Assembly: GCA_016867415.1 (NCBI GenBank)
Contig: VGJO01000002.1
Span: 72,835-116,471 of the forward strand
Reading direction: 5' to 3'
Source of the DNA: Candidatus Harrisonbacteria bacterium
GTDB taxonomy: Bacteria; Patescibacteriota; Minisyncoccia; UBA6257; UBA11618
DNA length: 43,637 bases
The position numbers and the translations under genes were made by a program. The notes under the pieces were generated by a model. The model did no database searches. It saw only the letters and a list, made by a program, of their open reading frames with translations, and was not told where the DNA came from. Of this stretch, positions 36,538 through 43,637 are shown piece after piece (position 1 is the first letter of the stretch; each line of letters begins with the position of its first letter).

Positions 36538-37175
36538 AATCTACGTCCTATAATACTTGAATCCGACAAAAAAACGCTAGTCTCCTCTAAAAAGTAATTA
36601 AAAAAGAGATATCTCAAGTGGGCAAGCCCAAAGAGCCAAGCCTCTCCCTCCTGCAATTGACTAATGAATAATTTTTTATTATAAAAATAATGCTCATTAA
36701 AAACTTCCGGCACCAAATAAAAAACTGCGATCCGTGAAAAAACCTTCAATCTTCTAAAACTTTCTCTTCAGGTGTAGAAACTACAGCAAGTAAAAACCTG
36801 CTTCTTTTTTTCCACACCCCCCTTCTTCAGGAGTAGAAAAGTGATCCGCTAAAAATCCGAGAAGCTTCTCTGTTCTCTTCTTCTTTAGTTTGGGAAAATC
36901 GTAGTTCTGAAAAAAGACTTGAATCTTCTCGAACTTCCCTCTTCAAGCGGGTAAAACACGTCAACTAAAAAACAAGTCCTTTTTTACCCGCTTTCCCATT
37001 CCCTGCATCATATGGTACAGGGAATTTTTTATTATTTTTTTCAAACTTAAAGTCAGAGACCAAGTAAAAAGTATAGCCACGCGTAAATAATTTCTGAAGA
37101 TTTTTTCTAAATAACTAGCGGCCTTTGAGCATCCTGCTAAATAAGATACTTCTATAGACATTGCGTTAAAGTCAG

Positions 37176-37296
37176 ATTTCGGAAGATTTTTTGGCAAAAA
37201 CAAGACACGAATGAACATTCAACCAAAATGTACTTCGGTGGGTACTTCACGGGAGAGGGCAGAGAGAGTAACGCAATTATTCCCAAAAAAGACTTG
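37176..37296 (+). repeat. ERIC/RPE-like element, copy 12 (subtype B, degenerate core)
   Basis: GGAAGATTTTTTGGCAAAAACAAGACACG..GTACTTCGGTGGGTAC..TAACGCAATTATTCCCAAAAAAGACT; flanks match copy 5. Confidence 0.65.
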
Positions 37297-37303
37297 AAAG
37301 CTG

Positions 37304-37378
37304 TGCTCTCAAGGGGATTCGAACCCCTGTTTTCGCCGTGAGAGGGCGACGTCCTAGACCGGGCTAGACGATGAGAGC
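37304..37378 (-). tRNA. tRNA-Glu(CTC), CCA not encoded
   Basis: GCTCTCA..CTCTCAC loop..GTTCGAATC..TGAGAGC-A, followed by CAG. Confidence 0.93.
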
Positions 37379-37393
37379 ATATTTATATGCTAT

Positions 37394-38632
37394 TTAATTT
37401 TCAAATGACTCTACCATCTTCTCTAGCCCTACTGATCTCGACCCCTTCACAAACAGCATATCTCCTTTCTTTATTTTTTTTATCACTAATTCTTTGGCTT
37501 CCTTCACTGTCTTTACTTCAAAAATATCCTTCTCCGCCATCCCTCCTTTCCTAGCTCCTTTTACAATTTCCGAAGCCATCTCCGCTCCGACAACAACGAT
37601 CATTGTAAACACATTTGCCGCCATCTGTCCAACAAATCGATGTGCTTCTGCCGCCGCTTCCCCTAATTCTTTCATTTCTCCCAAAACCGCTATCTTTCTT
37701 TTTGCAAATATTTTTTCGACTCCTAAGATAGCAAGCTGCATGGCAATAGGTGAGGCATTATATGCTTCATCAACGAGAAGAATATCCTGATAACTGACAA
37801 AAACTCTCCCTCTTCCCGTCATCGGCCGAAAAAGTTCGAGACGCGTCGCCGCCTCTACTGTATTACCTTGAAGAGCCTCTACTAAAGAAAGGGCGGCGAG
37901 TACCGACAAAATATGAGCCTCTGAATATGCTCCCGTAATTTTAATCGGAATTACTCGCCGACCAATCTCCACTTTAAATGAAACCATCACCTCTACCCCC
38001 TCTCGCATGACTTCATAATGAATCCCTCGTACCGCCGCTCCCTCTCCGTACCCGTAGGTAATCACCTTCGCCTTGCTCTTCTTTGCAATCCGTCTTAGCG
38101 CCTCATCATCGCCATTAATAATCAAAGTATCATTCTTAGAAAGCACGTTTGCCAAACGCCCTTTCTCCACAATCACTCCTTCCCGACCATCTGGATAATT
38201 TCCCATATGCACTGGCTGCGCTCCGATTGCGGTCAGAACCGAAATCTGCGGCTTCACTATTCTAAGTAATTTTTCAATATCTCCCGGCCGATCCGCTCCA
38301 TACTCCAAAATAAGAATCTTCGGATATTTCGAATGAAAAAAAATAAGCCGAGCAAGTCCTTCAAGCACTATAAGCATCCATGATCCTACCCCTCTTGGCT
38401 CCCGTTCCGAAAGAATTGTAAGCGGCAATCCAAGCTCTGTATTATAATTCTTTTTCGTCCGTCGCACTACACCGAATTCATTTCCCAAAAGTGCTAAGTA
38501 CATTGCTTCCTTTGCTGAAGTTTTTCCTGCACTTCCGGAAACCGCCACAATAAGCGGTTTATACCGGAGAATAAGAAGCCGGGCCAATCCAGCCAATATT
38601 TTTTCCAAAAAAAATCTTCCTACTTGCTTCAT
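37394..38632 (-). CDS. murF: UDP-MurNAc-tripeptide--D-Ala-D-Ala ligase
   Basis: VSGSAGKTSAKE, NYNTELGLPLT, LEYGAD, GRG, DEAYNASP, LGEMKELG, VKGSRSVGLE. Confidence 0.92.
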   Translation of the reverse strand: MKQVGRFFLEKILAGLARLLILRYKPLIVAVSGSAGKTSAKEAMYLALLGNEFGVVRRTKKNYNTELGLPLTILSEREPRGVGSWMLIVLEGLARLIFFHSKYPKILILEYGADRPGDIEKLLRIVKPQISVLTAIGAQPVHMGNYPDGREGVIVEKGRLANVLSKNDTLIINGDDEALRRIAKKSKAKVITYGYGEGAAVRGIHYEVMREGVEVMVSFKVEIGRRVIPIKITGAYSEAHILSVLAALSLVEALQGNTVEAATRLELFRPMTGRGRVFVSYQDILLVDEAYNASPIAMQLAILGVEKIFAKRKIAVLGEMKELGEAAAEAHRFVGQMAANVFTMIVVVGAEMASEIVKGARKGGMAEKDIFEVKTVKEAKELVIKKIKKGDMLFVKGSRSVGLEKMVESFEN

Positions 38633-38646
38633 TCTTGTGAAATAAT

Positions 38647-40308
38647 TTAAATATTCGGCGGCACATCCGCGTATGATAGGAGAAACTGCATCATCTCCTG
38701 AAAGACTGGCACCGCCGTCACTCCCGCTAAAGGCGCCCCTAAAGGCTCGTCAATTCGAGTCATAACAATATACCTAGGTGCCTCAGCCGGTGCAAACCCC
38801 ACATATGTATTAATCACCTCTTTGGTATACCCCCCATTTTCAAAATCCGGCTTCTGCGCCGTCCCCGTTTTGCCTGCTACGGAATACCCAGAAATCTGCG
38901 CTAGTCTCCCCTCCCGCACTGCTTCCTTCATCATCTTGGTTATCTCTGTCGCCACTTGCTCACTGATCACTCGTTCTTTTTTCGCTGTTTCCGCCTGCCC
39001 ATTTTTAATATTCGGCATAATCATCACTCCATGATTAGCAATCACATTGACTGCCTTTAAAAGAGCAATCGGAGTCAGCGCTATTCCCTGACCAAACGAT
39101 GCCGCCGCAAGATCAAATCCAGATCCTTTCTCTATATTTGAAACCTGACTTCGCACTTCATCAGCAAAAGGCAAGCCGCTTTTTTCCTTCAGTCCAAATT
39201 TCTCTATATATTCCACAAAACGCTTTTTTCCCAATTTATTCGCCGCAAACGCACTTCCCGTATTAAGCGAGTGGGAAATGACATAGGTCATATCCACATT
39301 TCCGTGCGCCTTTAGATCCCAGTTGCGAATAATATTCTCCGCAAACTGAAGCTTACCAGTGTCCTCATAATGAGTCTTTGAAGTAATCACGCCCGCATCT
39401 AATGCCGCCGCCATGGTAATCACTTTAAAAATTGATCCTGGTTCATAAATTGCCTGATATATCGGATTTAAAAAATGAGCTACTGGACTCTTGCTATAAT
39501 GATTCGGATCAAAATCCGGATAACTTGCCATTGCCCGAATCATCCCCGTTGAAGGCTCCATTACTAATAAAAGACCTGACTTTGCCCGTGATTCCGCTAC
39601 CCCCTTAGCTAAGATAGCCTCCGCCCGCTCCTGAATATTTTTATCAATAGTAAGAAAAATATCTTCTCCCTGTTTCCCTGATATCACCTTACCTCTCACT
39701 GATTGAAATGGCTCCCCCGCCAATACCTCTTCAAAATTTCCCTCCACGCCATATTTACCTGTCTTTCGAAGAGATTCAGCCGATGGCGCTACAAATCCCA
39801 AAAGATGCGCCGCTAATCGGGAGAAAGGGTATACTCGACCCTCTTCCTCTCCAACATAAATTCCCGCTAAAGCCAGATTCTCCACTGTCGCCGCTTCTTC
39901 CTCAGTTATTTTTTTCTTGATAAGCCGATATGTCGCTTTTTGATTAGATAAAAGATTCTCCACCTCCTCTGAAGGGAGTCCTAAAGCTACGGAAAGATTC
40001 GCCGCTGTTTCTATTACATCTTCCACTTCATTCGGCACTGCAAAAATTACTCGAGCGGATGTATTCACCGCTACTGGTATCTGCTCCCCCGCCTTATCAA
40101 TAAAAAAAATCTTTCCACGGTGCGGCTCAAAAAATCCCGCAATTGCGATTTTTTTATCGCTAATCCCCCAAGCCCGAGCCGATTTTTTGCAAAGACCAAC
40201 AAAATTTCCTTCCTTCACTATTTGCAGGCAATAAAAATTCCACGATAAATATCCATAAAGAAAAAGAAAGAAAACAATTAACGCACTGATACGTCCGCGA
40301 CCTCCCAT
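38647..40308 (-). CDS. ftsI: Class B penicillin-binding protein (FtsI/PBP2 family)
   Basis: HRGKIF, YPFSRLAAHLLGFV, EPGSIFK (SxxK), SLN, AGKTGTAQ; dcw context. Confidence 0.9.
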   Translation of the reverse strand: MGGRGRISALIVFFLFLYGYLSWNFYCLQIVKEGNFVGLCKKSARAWGISDKKIAIAGFFEPHRGKIFFIDKAGEQIPVAVNTSARVIFAVPNEVEDVIETAANLSVALGLPSEEVENLLSNQKATYRLIKKKITEEEAATVENLALAGIYVGEEEGRVYPFSRLAAHLLGFVAPSAESLRKTGKYGVEGNFEEVLAGEPFQSVRGKVISGKQGEDIFLTIDKNIQERAEAILAKGVAESRAKSGLLLVMEPSTGMIRAMASYPDFDPNHYSKSPVAHFLNPIYQAIYEPGSIFKVITMAAALDAGVITSKTHYEDTGKLQFAENIIRNWDLKAHGNVDMTYVISHSLNTGSAFAANKLGKKRFVEYIEKFGLKEKSGLPFADEVRSQVSNIEKGSGFDLAAASFGQGIALTPIALLKAVNVIANHGVMIMPNIKNGQAETAKKERVISEQVATEITKMMKEAVREGRLAQISGYSVAGKTGTAQKPDFENGGYTKEVINTYVGFAPAEAPRYIVMTRIDEPLGAPLAGVTAVPVFQEMMQFLLSYADVPPNI

Positions 40309-40622
40309 TCCTTCGAAACTGCAAGCTTTCCAACACGCTCCGGCTTTCCATAGCCTAAAGCTTCGACCTTAGACAAAAGATACTTCGAATCAGTCACTTC
40401 ATACATTTCGCTCCGCATTTTGGAATTTTCTGCTTCTATTCCATCAATCTGAATGGAAAGCGAAGAAAGCTCTCCTCGAGTTTTGACAAGGAGGCTATAA
40501 GCATAAATATCGGCGATACCGACAATAAGTAAAATGAAAAACAAAAGCCCAATAAAACCTGGCAGATGCAATGTGGTTTCTTTTTTATAAGTGCGTAAGT
40601 GAGACATAGTTATGACTGTCAT
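40278..40622 (-). CDS. FtsL-like cell division protein
   Basis: Single TM plus coiled coil between rsmH and ftsI. Confidence 0.65.
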   Translation of the reverse strand: MTVITMSHLRTYKKETTLHLPGFIGLLFFILLIVGIADIYAYSLLVKTRGELSSLSIQIDGIEAENSKMRSEMYEVTDSKYLLSKVEALGYGKPERVGKLAVSKEWEVADVSVR

Positions 40623-40686
40623 ATGTTTATGTTTAGGTGATAAATATTTGTAAAAAATACAGGTAATGAATCCGATTTCTAGAAAA

Positions 40687-41562
40687 TTAAAATCGAATTG
40701 CCCGCAGCTTGGCCGATCGTGCCTTCGGATTTTTAAAAATTTCTACCTCCGTTGCTTCGATCGGCTTTTTGGTGAGAATTGTGGCCGAGAATTTTTTACC
40801 AAAATCCCGAAAATGGTTTTTTACTATCCGGTCTTCCAGCGAGTGAAAAGAAATGATGACTACCCGACCGCCCGGATTCATGATGGTCGGCAAAGCATTG
40901 AGTAACGTTGTGAGACGATAAAGCTCCTTATTAGCGTAAATCCGAAGCGCCTGGAAAGTCCTTGTTGCCGGATGAATTCGGCCCCGTTCGTAGCCAGATC
41001 CTACTGCTTTCCGGATTATTTCCGCTAATTGCAAAGAGCTAAGAATTGACTGTTTTTTTCCTTCCTCTTTGATCGCTCTAGCGATCTTTCGAGAATATCT
41101 TTCCTCCCCATACTCATAGATGATATCTGCGAGTTCTTCTTCTTTCAGATTTCGCAAGATCTCGTAGACTGGCATCTCTCTATCGGAATAAGTCATAAGA
41201 AGCGGTTCATCCCTAAGAAAAGAAAATCCTCTGCCGGAATTTTCCATCTCATCAGTAGAAAAGCCTAGGTCGAGAAGCAAGCCATCTACCTTAGGGATTG
41301 AAAGTTCTGTGAGAATACTCGCCACTTCGGAAAAACTTCCTTCTATGCAAATTGTTTTTGGAAGATTTCCTCTACAAAGCGCCACCGCCTCCGGATTAAG
41401 ATCGCAGGCAACCAGTTTACCCGCCTCTCCTAATCGCGCTTGAATCTCCTTTGCGTGGCCGCCTCCGCCATACGTCCCATCTATCATTACTTCCCCCTCC
41501 TTCGGATCCAGATAGTAAAGGACTTCCTCCATCAAGACTGGCACATGAATCGTCTCTTTCAT
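40687..41562 (-). CDS. rsmH: 16S rRNA m4C1402 methyltransferase
   Basis: HVPVLMEE, DGTYGGGGH, DLGFS, HPATRTFQALRI, ISFHSLEDRIVK, NPKARSAKLR. Confidence 0.96.
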   Translation of the reverse strand: MKETIHVPVLMEEVLYYLDPKEGEVMIDGTYGGGGHAKEIQARLGEAGKLVACDLNPEAVALCRGNLPKTICIEGSFSEVASILTELSIPKVDGLLLDLGFSTDEMENSGRGFSFLRDEPLLMTYSDREMPVYEILRNLKEEELADIIYEYGEERYSRKIARAIKEEGKKQSILSSLQLAEIIRKAVGSGYERGRIHPATRTFQALRIYANKELYRLTTLLNALPTIMNPGGRVVIISFHSLEDRIVKNHFRDFGKKFSATILTKKPIEATEVEIFKNPKARSAKLRAIRF

Positions 41563-41568
41563 TCGAAA

Positions 41569-42000
41569 CTATATGGAAAAACCTTCAAGATTTTCAGCAA
41601 TTGCTTCTGCCGATTTTTCTGTTTCTGCCTGATACTTCCCCCACGTCTCCGAACTCCACACTTCAAGCCGGTTATAAAGACCTGCAATTACCGCTTCCTT
41701 TCGGACGCCTGCATATTCACGTAAGTATTCTGGTAAAAGAACTCGCCCTTGACTATCAAGTGAGACCTCCATCGCTCCCGAAAGCATATGTCGAGCAAAA
41801 GCTCGAGCATCACCCTTCGTGATCGGAAGACTCATCAGTTTTTCGGCAATATTTTGCCACTCAGTCATTGGGTAGATAAAGAGACAGCCATCAAGACCTC
41901 GGGTAACCACCGCCCCGGAAGTAAATGCTCCCCGAAACTTCTGCGGAATAGCCATTCGTCCCTTCTCATCCAATGTGTGTTGATATTCGCCAATAAACAT
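41569..42000 (-). CDS. mraZ: Division/cell-wall cluster repressor MraZ
   Basis: MFIGEYQHTLDEKGR, LDSQGRVLLP, GLYNRLEVWS. Confidence 0.96.
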   Translation of the reverse strand: MFIGEYQHTLDEKGRMAIPQKFRGAFTSGAVVTRGLDGCLFIYPMTEWQNIAEKLMSLPITKGDARAFARHMLSGAMEVSLDSQGRVLLPEYLREYAGVRKEAVIAGLYNRLEVWSSETWGKYQAETEKSAEAIAENLEGFSI

Positions 42001-42030
42001 TTCGTTCTGAAATGAATAATTTTTTAAAAG

Positions 42031-42132
42031 TTATCCACAGATTTCCACCTTTTCCCCACTTTTATCCACAATTCTCCACTTCCACTCCATTCTACCCCAC
42101 CTCTCCCCCACGTCAATACGAGACTTATCCAC
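42031..42132 (-). promoter_or_regulatory. mraZ promoter with an array of GTGG (MraZ-box) repeats
   Basis: CCAC/CCAT on + at 42035, 42045, 42056, 42066, 42076, 42087, 42097, 42108 and 42129; TTGACG-16-TAGAAT inside the array. Confidence 0.85.
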
Positions 42133-42349
42133 TAATAATTTTTTATTTATAAAGAGAAGTAGATTTTGAGAAAAATCCTTAAAAAAACAACGGAGTGCTA
42201 ACAAAAAGCAAACTGAAATGAGGAGTTTTTTTAAGGTTTGAAGCAAAATACAGCCGCTATGAAAAAATAAATTATCGATGGATAGGTCTTCTGTAAAAAA
42301 AATAAAAAACTAGCCAAAAAAGCCAATTTAAAGAAAAAAATATTTTCTT

Positions 42350-43090
42350 TTAAAGCAATTCTTCCAATTCTTTCTTTAATTGAAAAAATTCAGAGGAGTT
42401 CTTAAGTTCATGCCGCCGTGGTCGCGGAAATGAAATAACAAATTCTTTTTTAATCTTCATTGGTCGCGAGGAAAGCACAATCACCCGATCTGCCAAAAAT
42501 ACTGCCTCTTCCACATCATGCGTCACAAAAAGAATTAATTTCTTTTCTTTTTCCCACACTTCTGTAAGAAATTCCTGCATCTTTGATCGTGTCTGGGAAT
42601 CAAGCGCCCCAAAAGGCTCATCCATAAGAAGCGTTGTTGGTTGATTTGCAAGTGTCCGTGCAATCGCCACTCGCTGCTGCATCCCCCCCGAAAGGTTCTT
42701 CGGATAAAAATCGGCAAATCCAGTAAGTCCCGTCACCTCAAGATATTTCTCTATTATTTTTTTCTGCTCTTCTTTACCCGCGCCGTTCATCTTCGGTCCA
42801 AAAGCAATATTTTCTGCTACCGTAAGCCATGGAAATAATGTAAAAGACTGAAAAACCATTCCCCGATCCTTCCCTGGCCCAGTCACTTTCTTTCCATGCA
42901 CCACAATCTCTCCCCCATTAATCTCCGAAAGCCCGGCAATCATCCGAAGTAAAGTGCTTTTTCCACAGCCGGAAGGCCCTAAAAGAGCTATAAACTCCGC
43001 CTCCTTCGTTTTTAATGAAAAGTCTCGAAAGACTTCTGACTCTTCGCCATTATGCTCAAATTTCTTTTCAGCTTTTTCTACAGTAAGCAT
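42350..43090 (-). CDS. NitT/TauT-family ABC transporter ATP-binding protein
   Basis: GPSGCGKST, LFPWLTV, LSGGMQQR, LLMDEPFGALD, VTHDVEEAV. Confidence 0.92.
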   Translation of the reverse strand: MLTVEKAEKKFEHNGEESEVFRDFSLKTKEAEFIALLGPSGCGKSTLLRMIAGLSEINGGEIVVHGKKVTGPGKDRGMVFQSFTLFPWLTVAENIAFGPKMNGAGKEEQKKIIEKYLEVTGLTGFADFYPKNLSGGMQQRVAIARTLANQPTTLLMDEPFGALDSQTRSKMQEFLTEVWEKEKKLILFVTHDVEEAVFLADRVIVLSSRPMKIKKEFVISFPRPRRHELKNSSEFFQLKKELEELL

Positions 43091-43103
43091 AATTTGATTA
43101 AAT

Positions 43104-43637
43104 TTACTGAGCTATCCACGGAAAAAAATTTTTATACGTATATTTGAAAAAATAATCAGTAAAAATTCCTAAAGCTCCAATGGTAATAATCACTACAAAG
43201 ATATTGTCAGTCCTAAGATACCGCTGTGACTGAATCATGAGGTGTCCAAGTCCTGATGACGCCCCAATAATCTCCGCTACAGTCACAAAGGACCACGCCG
43301 CCCCAATCATAATTCGAAAACTATCCCAAATTCCCGGATAGGCCGCAGGTAGTATCACCGAAAAAATAACCTCTCTCGGACTCGCTCCCAAAGTTTGCGC
43401 CGCTTCCATAAGATCTCGTCGGGTATTCTTCACAATATCTGCAATAAGAAGCGCGAGATATGGCGCTATTCCCAAAAAAAGCATGATGAGTTTCTGAGTC
43501 TCTGCTACTCCAAACCAGATAATAGTAAGTGGCACAAACGCCGCTGGTGGAATATAACGAATAAAGGCAATCAAAGGTTCAATCAACGCTTCAAACCGCT
43601 TAGAAAGAGCAAGCAATACACCTAAAGGAATAGAAAC
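43104..43637 (-). CDS. NitT/TauT-family ABC permease (5' part lies outside the window)
   Basis: RYIPPAAFVPL, EAAQTLGAS..I..VILPAA, AWSFVTVAE, SSGLG. Confidence 0.88.
   Translation of the reverse strand, partial: VSIPLGVLLALSKRFEALIEPLIAFIRYIPPAAFVPLTIIWFGVAETQKLIMLFLGIAPYLALLIADIVKNTRRDLMEAAQTLGASPREVIFSVILPAAYPGIWDSFRIMIGAAWSFVTVAEIIGASSGLGHLMIQSQRYLRTDNIFVVIITIGALGIFTDYFFKYTYKNFFPWIAQ

Noticed and set aside
83-37296. Dispersed repeats as a CRISPR array
   Set aside because: Copies are ~120 bp, divergent and kilobases apart; there are no regular spacers and no cas genes
14607-42070. Replication origin from DnaA boxes (14607, 33548, 42031, 42062)
   Set aside because: Boxes are scattered, there is no dnaA or DUE cluster and no visible skew switch; the two at 42 kb coincide with MraZ boxes
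42193-42201. CIRCE half-site GAGTGCTAA
   Set aside because: No left arm, and it is far from any chaperone gene
391-43625. Numerous 60-170 aa ORFs overlapping recognised genes on the opposite strand or in another frame (e.g. 30843-31346, 28293-28706, 15405-15992, 32933-33376)
   Set aside because: Shadow ORFs of well-supported genes with no motifs of their own
1-43637. Alternative genetic code (UGA=Gly, code 25)
   Set aside because: Conserved genes are full length under code 11, TGA ends genes at expected positions, and an SPF-type RF2 is present

Overview
Chromosomal segment of a probable Patescibacteria (CPR, Parcubacteria-like) bacterium using genetic code 11. It lies on one replichore: the + strand is C-rich and most genes are on the - strand. 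The housekeeping backbone is ftsE(end)-ftsX, prfB, divIC-like, lepA, ndk, aspS, efp, mnmA, secDF, dnaJ/dnaK/grpE, recR, dnaB, rplU, murF-ftsI-ftsL-rsmH-mraZ, a NitT/TauT-type ABC pair and 4 tRNAs. Main accessory signals: (1) a ~3.2 kb large-serine-recombinase element at the tRNA-Thr(CGT) 3' end, whose crossover core lies inside the recombinase gene; it has three att-like junctions, two membrane cargo genes between inverted repeats, and an inverted patchwork mini-copy of the recombinase gene; (2) 12 copies of a ~120 bp ERIC/RPE-like palindromic intergenic element, all in the same orientation; (3) a probable orphan DGR variable-region relic; (4) three tandem fibre-like adhesins with C-type-lectin-like tips; (5) an RF2 lacking domain 1; (6) a candidate 6S-like ncRNA. 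All family assignments come from motif recognition by eye; no database searches were run.
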